Below the pieces are notes generated by a model. It searched no databases, was not told the origin of the DNA, and worked only from the letters and a program-made list of their open reading frames with translations. Made by a program: the position numbers and the translations under genes. A stretch of DNA of 64,000 nucleotides from Lama glama. Its lineage: Eukaryota. The stretch covers positions 86,740,001 to 86,804,000 of the forward strand of contig CM052817.1 in the NCBI GenBank assembly GCA_028534125.1, read 5' to 3'. Below are positions 38,048-52,600 of the stretch, in pieces (positions within the stretch are counted from its first letter, which is position 1; each line of letters starts with the position of its first letter).

Positions 38048-40144
38048 GTGCTTAAATATACAAATACAAAATGAGGTAAGAGGTAAAAGTGAGGAAAAGA
38101 GGTATAGTTACCTCTAAAATAGATTTTGATGCAAGATTCTAATTGTACATATAAATACATTACTTATTAAATATTATAAATATATTAAAATTATTCTAAA
38201 ATGTATTTTGATCCTAAATATATAGATGACTGAAAATATTTATGAATTTACAAATGATTATTTATAAGTTGAACATTACCTTAAACTAAAAATCAAACAC
38301 TCACATTTATAAGTAATTCTTTATCACCTTTTTTAGTAATGAACATGGCATTAAAAGAACAAGATTGTTATATGACATCTTTTATGTCTCCTTTTAAAGT
38401 ATAAATTCTATTTTAAGGTTTATTTTAAAATAAAGTATAGAAACAAGTGTATTTCTAATATTCACTGAAATAATTTCTACTTTCTTTTTAAGATACATGA
38501 AAAAGAATAAAACAACTTCTTTCAATACTAAGACTACATCTGACAGTATATTTATTGCTAAAATTTAGAAGAAATTATGACTAATTTCAGCTATACAAAT
38601 TACACTGAATATACAGTTTAAGGCTGCTAAAAATGACAAGAAAATGTAGTCTTAAAGTAAACTGAAATTTTACCCTTGATTTTTGGTTCAAAAATATCTC
38701 CCCCAAAGCCCTTCCCCCCAGCACCCCTTCTTCTGTATGTAGTCAGAGACCAGCTCCTAGAATTAGCAATTCTCACCTGGGGTTAGAAAGTGGGGTGCTA
38801 AAATACCAGAGTCTCTAGGGAGAAAGGCAATACACAGTGTCAAAATACGTTCAATACTATAATAGAATTCCAAATAATACAAATTTCAGAAAGTATCAGT
38901 GGATAAAACCTTTCTGACCGGTGGGAATATGCAAACAATGGGCTCTTCACTGGCAAATAAATTTTTAAAAGTTAAGTTGTGAAGCATTGCCATAATTATT
39001 CCATAGTCTAAGGTTATTCGGCACTTGTCTACATACCTTTAACCTAAGTTTACTGTAACTTGATCCCCTAACTCCGTTTCTACCACATTCCCTGATTTTG
39101 AACACCTCCACTTGTCTCACATTTAGAACAAAGTTCTAGTGTAGCCTTTTTTCCTGTTTTCATTTTTCCTTTATTTCCCATAACAAAACTCCTAAGTCTT
39201 CTTTTCTGAAATTCTTTAATATCCAGACCCTACCCTTCCTGTATAGATCCTTAGTTGCCATACTCAGAAGCAAAAACTAAACCAAAAAAGAGAAAAAAAT
39301 TTTCTTTCAAGAATCATTTTGGATGTGAAAACAAAGTGACTGGTTAACACAGGAAGTCAGGATATAGCAAAATCACCAGTTTTAATGCTGTGCTGTGACT
39401 CGCAGTGAAGGGAAGAAAGAGGTTATAAAAAGTTCTATCTCTTATGAAGATGTTTCAGAAACTTTTTAGAGTCATGATATTGTATTTTCATATGTATGTA
39501 AAAAGGATTTTTACAATAATTGATGTTACAGCTTGATGAAGCATGACACTGAGAATAATCTTCACCAGAAACCGTACGGGCAATCAGTGCGATTAAATTG
39601 TTGCATTTATCACAGTCCAATACTGGTCTTCAATTTTGTCAGTATCACAGTAAGAAAATGTACAAATAAAAATCATAAAGGGACCAAAGTAAGTAAATTA
39701 GACAACTGATTTATTTCTATAACTATAATTTTTTATGTACCTACTATGTGTCACACATTGCTGCTAGTAACTTATCAATGGTACAGCTATCCTTTACACA
39801 TATAAAACTACACAAAAATGAGTTATTAATACACTTGGGACAATCCGGTAAAATGGAGGCAGTTGTGGTCAGGATCAAGAGAAATTAAGTTATGTGAACT
39901 GATTTGCAAAATTTTGTACACAATTTTATTGTCCTCCATCAAATATGAGGTTTGTTACATTGACCTGTCAGTTCAGCTAACACAAGAATGTTCTTCTCAT
40001 GGCAGACAGAAGAAGCCCCCACAAATGGTGAGAAAGGGTCTTTAGAGACATGCAAAGCTCCCTAAGTCTTTGTCTTCAAACCAACACATAGTCACTTCCA
40101 CCCATATACTGTTGGCTTGCCCAAAGGAAGTCATTTGGCCACAC

Positions 40145-41560
40145 TTTTCTGCATCTGTTGATAGCAACGTGAGGTTTTCTTTTTTAGCTTCTTGATGTGA
40201 TGGATGACATTAACTGATTTTTGAATGTTGAAACAGCCTTGCATACCTGTACAAATCCCATTTGGTCATGATATATAATTCTATTATACGTTCTTGAGTT
40301 CCTTTAGCTGGTATTTTGCTGAGAAGTTTTGCATGTATGTTCATGAAAGATACTGAAATGCAGTTTTCTTCTAGTGTCTTTATTTGGTTTCGGTATTAGG
40401 GTAATACAATGAAATAGGAAGCATTCCCTCTGCTTGGTAGATTTTACCACTCATTCTTTCTAGATTTGGTGCTTTCTGTTTTGAAAGGTCAGTAATGAGT
40501 GATTCCATTTTTTGGTAAGAGATACAGGTCTATTCAGATTGTATATTTCTTCTTGTGTGATTTTGGGCAGAATTTCTTGTTTCTCTTATCCATTTGTTCT
40601 TGCACAATGTCTACTTTACCCATGAGAGCCCTTAGCATATGAATCATAGTTCACTTAATGAACATTTTAAGGTCCTGGTTTGATATTGTCAAAATTCCTG
40701 CCACATCTGAGTCTGGTTCCCATCCTTGCTCTTTCCCTTCACACTATGTTTTTTGCCTTATAGTATGTCTTGCCATTTTTTATTTATAGCTGAACTTGAT
40801 CTACTGAGTAAAAACTGCTCTGAATAGGTCTTTGGTAATATGGTGTTAAGCTGTGGTGGGAATGGGGGCATTCTATAGTCCCGTGATTAGGTTTCAGTCT
40901 TTTAATGAGCCTGTGCCTCTGGACTGCGAAGTTCACACATGCTTTTCTGTTCTACCTCCCCCTCCCCTTAGTGGAGCAGGATGGCTAATGTGGCTGAATT
41001 CAGATAGTCCCTTCTTTTAATCATGAAAGACTGGATGGGGCTGGAGTTGCGTCCTTCCCTTTTCCCAGGTTAGTAACATTATGGTAAAATAGATTCTTGA
41101 GGGCAGGCCTTGTTATGAAAACAAAGTTGTTATTTCAAAATGGCTACTTGTTCCCTTTTCTCTGCTGGAATCAGGAGGGGATTTTTCTCCAGTCTTCATA
41201 ATGGGAACCTGGGAGGGCTCCTGAATGTGAAACTCACAAAAGTATGGGGATCCACTATGACTGGACTGCTTGAAATTTTTCATTCTCGAACTTGTTCACA
41301 TTGTGCTCCTGGAAATTCATCAGTTATAGATCGGGTATTCTTACTTTGGCACTGATTCCCTGAGAGGTTTTAGCTCTTGAATTTCTGCTCAGGTAAACCA
41401 TGGTTCTCTGAACTCACCTGCTGGTGTCTCTAATTTAGTAAGTAGCCCTTTGCCCTGTGACCTCGTATCACTTACGGATCTAAGAAAAGCTGTTGCTTTT
41501 TCAGCCTGTTAAGATTTTTACTTAGAATTGAGTGGTGACTTCCAAGCTTCTTACTACAAG
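40145..41560 (-). mobile_element. Old L1 (ORF2 and upstream region), antisense
   Basis: ttttctgcatctgttga...gaatgttgaaacagccttgcatacctg...ggtattagggtaat are typical reversed L1M ORF2 segments. Confidence 0.7.
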
Positions 41561-41999
41561 TCTCCTTCCATTTTTGCTTCTTGCCTTAAATGACTACTCC
41601 AACATTTGGCAGCTCAACTCACTCTCTACAACTCAGTTGGATTTCTGACAAATTAATGCTGTGAGCAGGGTAGTTGATTAAACACAATGCTATTTGGAAA
41701 GAGCGAAGGCCTGAATATCCCTTTGAGATATCACCTTTGGGAGTCATTAGGGGAGTCCACGGAGCATTCGACAGGGGTGCTGGCAAATCATCTGCAGAAG
41801 TCTGAGAGCTCCAGGGGGCACTTAATGGATAAGTCTTGGGAAGGACTGGCAGAGCTTCTGGGACTCTTCACCAGCCATGTCAGTGGGTCGTGGGAAGGGC
41901 TAGCAGAAGCCAGGGGGCATTCTTAGGGGATGCTAGGGGGTTGTTTTTAAAAGCTTTTCAGTCCTGAGGGAGACCACTGGCCTTTCTCATTCATCTGTG

Positions 42000-43830
42000 A
42001 CTCTCCAGTTGAGCTTGTCAGGGTAGATCCAATTAGAGACCAAACATCTCAACAAAAACAAGGAAAGCAGTTCACTTCCTACTGCTTAGAGCCCTCTACC
42101 AATAGGGGCAGAAAGTCCAGGGGGTGCTTACAAGCTGAGTAGCTCTAAGTAGTAGCTGTCACTGAATCTGATAAATACCCAGCAGTACAGCAAGATGTTG
42201 AAACATCAGGAGGGGAAAAAAAAAAGAGTGTAGAGCATTCTGGTTCACTTCGCTTAGCACCCTGAAGAGACCTCAGAGCTTGGAAGCTCTGGAAGCCTGT
42301 CTCTGCTCTAACCAGCCTGCCCTGCACTGCCCAAGGGGAGTCCCAGCTAAGAGACAGCTGTGTGACCCAGAGCGCTGTCCCTTTTCCCTCCTCCTGTCCC
42401 CAAAACCTATAACTAAATGCTGTCAAATGGACCTAAACTGGCATGGGTTATGTTCCCTTGTCAGAGGGAACCAGAGGCCCTTTGCCAAGGTTAGAGGTCA
42501 GTGGAGAAATAAAAGAAAATTGCACTTCTTGGGTTTCTTAGATACCAGCCACAGGTAACTGTTTTGCCTGGACCAAGATGGGAAAAAACAGATAATGCTG
42601 TCTGATTTGAGGTCTGAGGCCACCACCACTGGGACCTTTACCAAGACTGACTATCGGTGGGTCCTTCTGGTCACTACAAATAATTGTCAAGGGCCCTACT
42701 GTGGAATAAATTGCTGGGATTGATGCAGTGTCTTCCCTGCTCCCCCTCTGCCCCAGCCCTAATCTAACTGCTACAGGTAGAACCATTGCAAAGGGGCATG
42801 TGGAAGACTGTGACCCTACCCGACTCATGTGCTATGGTCAATGGGCTGGTTTTTCACTGGGGACACTGGCAAGCAGCAGACTGACATATAAAAGAGGTTC
42901 CATCTGAAAATAAAACATTTGAGTAAAAGTCAGTTCTGTTCCTTGTAAGATTTTTGTTACTTATATGGATGCTTACCAGAGAGGCTCCCACACTGACAAG
43001 GAAAAACCGAACCAGTGAGCTGACCCTGCTTGTCAAGTAAATGCAGAGACTGGAGTGTTCTCCACCCTAGAACAAACAGATGAGCAAACAGCTGGACACA
43101 GGGGAAGACAGCTTATGGAAATTCAGATACCATCCTAGACTGGGCCTGCACACATGGACAGCCACTGTCCTCAGAAACAGCACAGAAAAGCTACCCTGGC
43201 TGCCAGCGACCCTGGCCAGGCTAAACGCTCTTCCCAGGGATAGATGCTATGAGACAGCAGACCAGGAGATTCTTGCAGGTAGATTGCATTGAGTGTCTCA
43301 TCCCATCCAAAGGGTTTCACTGGATCCTGACTGCAAGTGACACTTTCTATAGGCTTAGCTTTTCTATCCCAAAGCATTCCACTGACTCTGGCCACATCAT
43401 CCATGCCCTACAAGACCACATTTGTTTCCTGTCAAAGGTACTCACTACACTGCATCTCAAAACAAGCCCAATTTGTAGCCCAAGCTACAGATCAGTGGCT
43501 CAGTCATTGGACATTCCACAGACTCTCCATGATCTACATCACTCCCAGGCCACAAGGATTATAGCTTGTTTTTAATGGTCAATTAAAGGACAAACATTAG
43601 TACTGATGAGAGAGGACAAGATAACCCCAGCCTGGACCACACATGTTAGGTAAGCCATCTCATGTCTCAATGCAGCAATTCTCCAAAAGGAGACTTCTCA
43701 TCTGTGCCACATGCCCAGTCAGGCTATCAGCCCCCCATGTTCAAATTTACAGCCTTCTTTTACAATTACTGACACCTCAGTCTCATGGGGGATCCTGTGG
43801 GGACTCTGCCTTCCCTTCAATCCTTTTCTA
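42000..43830 (+). mobile_element. ERVL (class III) internal remnant: protease, RNase H and integrase fragments
   Basis: NQRPFAKVRGQW...HFLGFLDTS (ERVL protease RPF..V.VHW...LLDTG motif) at ~42465-42550, YMDAYQR (HVDAHQR-like) at ~42962, DEQTAGHRGR at ~43079, and QVDCIECLIPSKGFHWILTASDTF...HHSQATRII integrase core at 43276-43570. Confidence 0.85.
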
Positions 43831-44199
43831 AGACTCAAAACCATGAGATCAAGATTAAACAACAAGGGAAGGGAGAGTACGTATAAGCATTTTAAAATCT
43901 ATTAAAAGTTCAGGACTGTATGCAAACCAATTCTTGAACATAGTATGTAAATGTCTTTTTCATTAAGAGATGCTAAAATATTTTTTGTAAATTTTTTTGT
44001 CCCTTTGGCCTTTATATAACCTTTCCAAATGAAAAGTCTTGATGGGAACAAAGAACAAATTTAAAAGGAAAAGGAAAGTTTTGCTTACTAAACTGAACAC
44101 ACTGATAATAACAAGAAAGCAAACAAATACAAAGAAAAATCTAAAACTTGCCAAAATGACTAAAGTCCTCACGTTAAATACCATCTTCAGCTAAAGACA

Positions 44200-44562
44200 A
44201 AAGAGGATGTTGAGGGTAATGGTTTGGGTTTCAAAGGGAAGGAAGGCAGCTGACATGGAGATGGGAAAGCAAATGCTTGGTAAACCACTGTTGGCTGGGC
44301 CATGCAGCGACAGTGGGACACAGAGTGGATTCTGATCTCTGGGCCCTGGCAAGAGCTCCCCTCCACACTTAGGCCACATTCTTAGCAGATATCAGTGGTG
44401 ATGGCTCTATTCCAAGAAGAGGCTCTTCATCTAAACACTTTAGGCAGTTACGGGGGAAGTAAAAAGACTTCCTAAGTTTTCTATTTCTTAAAAATAATCA
44501 GCCTAAATTAATCCTCATGCCAAAGAGATACATTTTGTGGTGGCAAATTTTGCTCCCCTACA
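44200..44562 (-). mobile_element. ERV1-class LTR fragment (MER34-like)
   Basis: Minus strand begins tgtaggggagcaaaatttgccaccacaaaatgtatctctttggcatgaggattaattt. Confidence 0.7.
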
Positions 44563-45329
44563 GCTTCAACTCTCAAGAGCAATAATTGACATCTATAGGT
44601 AAGATGCTATTAAAATATTAATATTCCTGTTTCAATAATTTATAGTTCCAGCATACAGTAACCAACAAAATTATAGAGTTGAATATTATTCCAAGCTAGA
44701 TCGAATAAACATATGTAAAATAACAAGTCCAATAAATGGAGAATACTTATTTGTCCAAAGTTAGCAACAGACAAACGGTTGTCACTGTGCTGGTCCAAAA
44801 TGCTGCATCCAGTAATGTATAATGTTTGGATTTCTTTAAACCGCAAACTCTGACTCCAAGGCAATCAAGCTAGAAATAAATAATAATTAGAAAACAGTAT
44901 CTTTATTCAGGAATCTAAGAGTATAATTCCGAAAATATGAGTTAAAGGAGAAATCCCAACAGCTGTTCTACAATTCAGAGAGCTGACTTAAAATGAAAAA
45001 AAATTATACAATAAAATGTATGGGATACAGTGAAAGCACTATTTAAGAATAAATATATAGATGTAAAAAACTACTTATGAAAAGTAGTTATAAACACAGG
45101 CAGAGAAAAAGTAACAAGGAAGGAAGTAACTAAGGAAGATAAAGAAAATTGAATACAAACATTCAGTATAGTTACACAAAAGTTCCTTTTTTTCCTTAAA
45201 AATGCAATAAATTAGATAAACACTTGGTAAGGAAATTTAGAAAAGACTAGATAAGCATATTCATTATGGATTAAAACGAGGATGTAAGTAAATAAGCTGA
45301 GGGAGATATATTTGTATTATGTATATATA

Positions 45330-45772
45330 TGTTGACTGAAGACAATACACAACCTAAAAGCTGAGAATTATGTTTCACTAGGCAGACTTGCTAAAGACTG
45401 AAGCTGGGGAAACTTAAGATTGCTCTGAGGGAACGGAAAAGCCAGGAAACATATAGGAATTTTTGAAAAAAAAAAAATACTTGAAACATAAAAAGATTAC
45501 TGTAAATTAAAGAAAATCCAGATATCTCAAGTTAATGAATTTAGCACTTTTCTATTTCTGGGAAGGTGCGAGAGTCTGGGCTCACTGAAATCATTCCTTT
45601 GATATGCACCTTAAGCATCTAAGGCCAGCATCCAGCTTTCTCCTTTCGAATCCCCTCAGGGTGCACGATCAGGAAGCGGAGGAGGGGCCAGGGAAGGATG
45701 CTGCAGCGGCTGATGGCTTCATGCCTACAACATCCCTGTTTACGATATGGCAGGTGACAGCCTTTGTCCACA
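45330..45772 (-). mobile_element. ERV1-class solo LTR, same family as 21204-21720
   Basis: tgttgactgaa...cacaacctaaaagctgagaattatgttt...gtccaca; TG...CA ends. Confidence 0.8.
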
Positions 45773-45809
45773 CACACATATACATGTACATATAATAAAC
45801 TAAAGTCAC

Positions 45810-46340
45810 TGTGGTATACAGTTCTAAGATGGGTTCTAGTTATCCCCTTAGTATACACGGCTTTGTGTAATTTCCTCCCCTGGAGTGTGGACTGGACCTA
45901 GTAACTACCATTTAAAAAATACAACACAGCAGAAGGAATGGGATGTCATTTCTGAGATTAGGTTACACAGAGGTTTCCATCTTGTTCTCCCCCTCTTGCT
46001 CTCTTGCTTGCTGGCTCTGTGGGAAAGCCAGCTGCCATGTTGTGAGATGTGCTATATGGAAAGGCTAATCTGGCCAGGAATTGAAGGAGTTAATCAACAG
46101 TCAATGAAAAACGGAGGCCCTCCATCCCACAGACACTGAGAAGTTGAATCCTGCCAACCACCCCATGAGTGAACTTGTCAGAGGACTATCCCCCAAGCCT
46201 CAGAAGAAAACTCGCGCAAGAGACACCCAACTAAACTGCACCCAGTTTCTTTAATATCAGAAACTGCAAGATAATACTGTTTGTTTTAATTCACTAGACT
46301 TGGAGGTAATTCCTTACATAGTAACAGGTAAAAGTAACAC
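45810..46340 (+). mobile_element. MaLR solo LTR (MLT1F-like)
   Basis: gtgtaatttcctcccctggagtgtggactggacctagtaact...gggatgtcatttctgagattaggtta...gaaagccagctgccatgttgtgag. Confidence 0.8.
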
Positions 46341-47850
46341 AAACATAAAAGAGACGTACAAGAAAGAAAATTGCAGGAAATCTCAAATGTGCTAAATGTA
46401 ATAGAACATAGATAGAAACACTCCTAAATGTAATTGTGAATGATAAGAGAGATTGTGTAGAAAAGACACCACAGCATAATCATAGTAATGTGTTTTACAT
46501 TAGAGAATTGAACATAATTTACCATAAAAACAATTCAAAGAGGAAAAAAATGATCACCAAGATATATTCAGAAATGTCCAATAGAATTCAACAGCTGCTG
46601 TAGACAACGTGAGTAACTGCTAATAAACATTATTAAATTAACAGAGGCATTTACAAAAATATAACAGCAAGAATTACATTGAATTTTGAAAAGTATTTAA
46701 ATATTTCAAAGTATTTTAAGATTAGAAACAAAACATATGTCAATTAGTTAGTCAATATTTTACTTCAGGGTTTAGCTAGCAAAGTAAAAGAAATTAAAAG
46801 AAATATAATTAGTAAAGGATTGGAAAGAAAAAATAACAGTGTAATTATTTTCTAATTGCAAAAAAAAAGATTGTTTTGTTCAACTACATTGAATTTAAAA
46901 TATTTGTTTAAAAAAGTTACCAAAAAGTTAGTGAAAATGCTTGAAGTTACAGACCAGAGAGGCAAAACAAATAATTAGCAAAAAAAGTTAGTATGGATCA
47001 TATACAGATTCAATTCACTAATAAAAGGAAGAAAACTGAAAGGAAAATTGGCAAAAATATATAAATAGACACTTTGCAAAGGAAAACATACAAATGGCAC
47101 ATAACAGGTACAATACCACTTACATCACTATTTTTCAGGGAAATGTAAATAAAATTCACAATAGTACAACATTTCACACCAATCAGATTTACAAAAATTT
47201 AAAGTCAGGAAATATCTTGGGTTATAGATGATGTGAAATAATGAGAACTCCAAACGGTGATAAGTATAAACTAGCAAAACTAATTTAGAAAATAAATTAT
47301 ATACTACTAAAGTTGACAAACTAAGACATCAATTCTATTATGCAGCATTAAGAAACAAACACAAGAATATTCATCAGAGCATTCTTCTTCATACCAAAGT
47401 ACAGGAAACAACCTGTATGATTTTTAAGACAAGTACGGCTAAAATCATTATAGGCACACAATGTCTATTCTAATCAGAAGGAATTCTATGAGACACATCC
47501 ATTTGGATGAATATCCTAATCATGTAATTGACTGAAAGACTGAACTCACAGATGAATTCCTTCAGTAAAGTCAATTTATATAAATTTCAAAAACAGGAAA
47601 AACTAGGTAGTGTATACCTATGGACACAAATAGGTAAGAATTATTAGTCAGAACAAGAGAATAACACAAATTTTAGGGGTTAAGAAAAAAGTTTGCATTG
47701 AGGGGCACACTTAGAGCTCCTAAAATACTGATAATATTTTTACCTGTTAGTCTAATAAGGTATGGAAGGGTATATATTTTAGTATTATTCTTTAAACTAT
47801 ATGCATATATTTCAGTAGGTATATTTCACAATAAAAATTTTTACAAACTT
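46340..47850 (+). mobile_element. Very old L1 (L1ME-like) remnants
   Basis: A-rich, with degenerate ggaaaattggcaaaaat...ggaaatgtaaataaaattcacaatag...catttcacacc motifs. Confidence 0.55.
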
Positions 47851-48329
47851 CTAAATGAGTTTTTAAATTAATGAAGTCTTGAAAGTATTTATCTCATTTT
47901 TATTCAAAATCTGTTGTCAGGCTCCAAAAAAGTAATTTCTAGCAAAAAACATCTTCCTAACTGCTGCTTTGGAAATGAGTAACATCTTTACCATCTCTGG
48001 AAGAAAAGAAAAAAAAAACCCAAACTGAGATTTTATTGAAGGTATTCTTCAGCTTATGAGATATGTCACATAGTATCTTTTAAACTACTTTTGAAGTTTT
48101 TTTTTTCCTTGTGAACTCATTACTTCAAAGAAGATCATTCTCTATTCTTTACAGAATCCAGGGAGATCTAGATTTATGCTTTGTTGAAAAGGAAAATACA
48201 GGTATTCACATCATGTTAATATCGTAAGTGCAAAAATCACAGAATCAGAGTGAGAAGAAAGGTGCAATTTCTTTGGGTTTTCAAATTACCCCTCTGAAAG
48301 CCATGGCAAAATTCTCTGCTACCAACTAA

Positions 48330-48333
<4 letters not shown>

Positions 48334-48384
<51 letters not shown>
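48334..48384. repeat. (TG)25 microsatellite
   Basis: Direct reading. Confidence 0.98.
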
Positions 48385-48387
<3 letters not shown>

Positions 48388-49495
48388 GCTAAGTTCTAGG
48401 AGCTATGTTAGTGCAACGAAAATGCTAATTCAGGAATTATGGAAACAATAATTGCAATTATTTAGTAAAATTTTAAAACCAAATTATCTGACTAAAATAA
48501 GTTTTGCCCAAGTTATTAATAAAAGAGTCTGTAAAAACACACACACAAGGAATTTTAAATGAGTTCATTTAAATCACTTTATTCCAAAATATACATGCAT
48601 AGCAATGTCTAAAATTATTTCTCTCACTTTTTCAGCTGGAAAAAAAACATATTTTGAGGTTGTTATACACATTTAGACAGGCCTTCAAATATATGCATCA
48701 ACTGTTTTCTTTAAAATAGTTCTTCATACGGATGGCATTTATTCAAATTTCTGTTTAAGTTCTATGCAACATCATAGGTAAATTATGAAAAGTGGCTATG
48801 CCAATATGCCTCTGAGAGATACATAGTAGAGTAATAGGTGATCACTTACTGGTTTTTTTCAAATGTATTTGAGGGGTATTCAATTCTACTCTAATGCTTT
48901 TACAGGTATTAAAAACAAACCCTAAAAAAAAAAGACAAATATAAGTCCACATCAAGATTAAGATGAGAAGTGTTTGCATCTTTTTTGAGAAACTAACGGT
49001 TTATTACTTGTAAGTGCCTTACTCAGATCTCTACACACTACAGCTAATTACCAAAGTCTTAATGTGACTGAGTGTATTCAATTGTTTGGAGCATCATGTT
49101 AAAAGGGATTTATCATTTTAATTCCATAAACACGTCATTTTGTTCTTACTAGTCTTCATTCCCATGGCAAAAATAACAACAAAACAGCCCACTGATAATC
49201 AAGAGTACAAACAAAGAAGTTCTAATGTTTCAATGTTCCTCAAAACGATTACAAAATGTATGAATTATAAATGGTACCTGAAAATGCACAAAACCATCAT
49301 GGGGATAGGACTGGCAGGTATGTGCTAAAAGATCATACACTGAAATGCATATAAGAGGAATCAATTATTTTACTGACAAACTGCTAAAAGAAGTCTATAA
49401 TGTTCTTAAATATATGTAAAAAATGTCTAGAGTTTGATATTGAGTCTATCAAAAATTCTTAGCTATTTATTTACATAAAAATATGAGGAAATGAT

Positions 49496-49615
49496 GGGGC
49501 GGGTATAGCTAAGTGGTAGAGTATATGCTTAGCATGCACGAGGTCCTGGGTCTAATCCCCAGTACTTCCATTAAATAAATAAAAGGTTAATTACCTCCTC
49601 CTTTTAATTATCTGT
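49496..49615 (+). mobile_element. tRNA-Ala-derived SINE (camelid Vic-1 type) with 19-bp TSD
   Basis: ggggcgggtatagctaagtggtagagtatatgcttagcatgcacgaggtcctgggtctaatccccagtacttcca (A/B boxes, AGC anticodon remnant), taaa tail, TSD aaaaatat(g/a)aggaaatgat at 49477-95 and 49616-34. Confidence 0.9.
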
Positions 49616-52600
49616 AAAAATATAAGGAAATGATGGATATATTTATCATCATGAACCTAATGTTACAGGGATAATCTAATACTATAGTTTGATAGGAAAT
49701 ATCTATAACAATGAGGCAAATGTATCAGAATTTTAAAAAGCTGTAAATCCTTCAACATGTGAAACAGTCATGCCTAACATTATAAAATAAAGTCTTGGCT
49801 CTGGACTGGGTATTTTCCTTAATATCTCATAAGGATCAACGTTGAGGCAGCAGAGTAGGCTTCCTGTTAGCAATCTGTTAGTTTTCAGTATGCATTCAGA
49901 AACAAGACAGTTCAAAATATCTGGTATGAAAGTAATGAGCAGTAGAACTGTCATCGTGTATCCTTACCGTATTCTTCACGACATCATGAAGAAGGTACTG
50001 ATTAATAAATGAGAAAGCGAAAACACAGAGAAGTTATGTAAGTTGTCAAAAACTCACACAGGTGCAAAATAAGAGACAGCATCCTAAGCCTGCTGTCAGT
50101 CCTGATCCTACGCTATTCCAAACCCTAAAATAAGTATTTTGAAATGATTTAAAGAGTGGGGAGACCTCAATTTGAATGTTCAGGAGAAGAAGGGAGAACA
50201 TAACTGTGAAATGTATCTATTATATTAGCCATAAAATTTTTAGAAAACTGGAAGTTTCAAAAGGCAAGAAGACACTGCATTTATCAAACGGTAAGAAAAA
50301 GGAAAATAACAGAATGAGAAAAGGTGATAGTAAGAGAGAAGACTGTAGACATGACACAGGAAAAGATTATGATAATTAAGATGCAATAGAACATGAGTTA
50401 ATACATAGAAAACATTTAGTGAAACACCGGGCGCCAAGAAAGCATGCCAGTAAAAAAGGCAGCAACTATAATTTTTATAAATCCTGTGCCTGGAGAAAGC
50501 AAATTTGATCCAGACTTTGTTGTTCTGATTTGTTAATTTATTTTTGTTTTCAAAATGACAGAGATCAGATTAACAATTCCTGTCCTCTGTGACAGTCAAC
50601 ACCACTTTTCATATATGAATCTTGAAAGCAGGTTTATGCACATGAGTCCACCTTTAGTACTAGTTTCTAACAGTCATTTCAGAATTAATATATGGTAAAG
50701 ATTTCTTTTCTACACTGTCTTTTTCCATGATTCTTGAATGAATAAATCATGTGGCCAATGCCACAATGACAAGTTGTGACCAATTTGATTTAAAGATTCA
50801 CTGCAAATATGATCTTATCTCTTTTCGTACCCTCACTTCTGGTTCTTTACTTGTAAATAGCCCTCCCATTCATTCACTCACTCTTTTTTAAAAAAAATTT
50901 ATTTGATAAATGTATATATCAAGCACCTATCAAAGGCCAGACATGTTGTAAGTGCCATTCTGTCTAATATGAGTTAGACTGTGTTCCAGCATTGGATATG
51001 ATGAAAGAGAATATATCTGAATGGAAAAGGAGATTCTGGATGCAAATGGAAAAATTCACAATAACCTAAGGGGGAAAAACTGAGAAAGATAATGAAACAC
51101 AGACATATCTCATCAAATATTTTTAATTATAAGAAATAAAAATAAAATAAGGTGAGAAGCAAATCATATTTCAATTAAATAAAGTAATTACATTAAGTAA
51201 TTAAAATGAAAACTAAACCTAGAAAAATATTATTCATTTGGTTAGAAATCTGAATGAAAATGATAATAATCACCATTGATTGAATTACTGTGAATCAAAA
51301 AATCCAAATTATAGTGATAAAGATAGAGATCCAGTAAACAGGAGTGAAAAGTGATATTACCAATAATAAAGTATTCCTAATATACTCATATAATAATAGC
51401 ATCCATTAAATGATGATGTTTAAAAATTACAAAGTACAGTTAAAGGAATAATTTTTGAATTTTGAATCACTAACAACATTTTAAATAGTTTATATAGTTT
51501 TCAAAACACTGGAAAATATAAGAGCAAAGCATATGATAATCTTTAAGTGAAAGGAAGGAAAAAAGAAAATGTGTATTAAAAAAATTTTAAGTACGTTTCA
51601 CTAGTAAAACTAAGTATGAGTTATATCAGTGAGTATAGTTAGTTTAATATCTCCTGTTTAAAATATTCACTTAGGAAATTAAGAAATCCACTGACTGAAC
51701 AATCAATATGAATAAGCTGTAAAAAAGAAAAGGAGAAGACCAGCAACATACAAAGAATTGTTAAATTCACTAATTAAAAGATGGAAATTACAATAGCAAA
51801 GATACGTTATTTTCAAATGTCATATTGGAAAATTGCGTGTTTAAATATTATCCAATTACTTGATGTGATGTCTTCCACATATTACATTATTACCTATTAC
51901 TGACAGGTAACACTTTATATACAGAAAATAACTGTACTCTGTACAAAAGCAGAAATGTATTCATGTATTCAAAGAAAGAAGATGAGTCATTTATTTTAGA
52001 GCACAGTTTCTAGGTGGTGGGATTTGTATGCTTTCCATTATCTTATTTACATTCTTTTGAAAATTTCCAAATTTTAAAAATGAACATGTTTCTTTTGAAT
52101 CAAAGTAGCTTATGTTAATTGTTATAAAAAATAAGAAGAAAATAACACCTTGAGATGATTAAAGTATGGTTTTCTAAGAAGCAGATGGCAAAGTTAAAGG
52201 TAATTTATCTTTAGAACTTCATAACTAGCATCTTTCAGCCTATTATATGCAGAAGTCAATTTTATCTTTAATCTCTGATTCTGTAGACACATGGAAGAAA
52301 AAAATGACCTTTATTTTAAAGACATTATTAAATAGGTATATGAACTCAATTTTACTATGGCTCCAATTCTAACACTTCTACTTTGGCTGTTTGTTACTTG
52401 TCCCTTATTTGTCCTATAATGTTGACAAAAATCCTAGCAATCTTCCTCTCTTAAGAATATTATATTATATGAAAGTATTGCATAAAACTAATACAGTAAG
52501 TTGAGAACTTAAACAAATATCTAATAAATTTAGAACTTTGTAAACAAAGCTTTCAATTACAGATGAATTAAACTCAAATCAATGATCTTAAAGGCAAAAC

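Noticed and set aside
39435..39620. Minus ORF / CpG patch with CCGTACGG palindrome
   Set aside because: Weak splice signals; insufficient support as exon or promoter.
49496..49570. Possible tRNA-Ala gene
   Set aside because: Mutated stems and B box, SINE tail and TSDs indicate a retroposed SINE.
49733..49954. 73-aa minus ORF with a plausible acceptor at 49921
   Set aside because: No convincing donor or in-phase neighbour exon.
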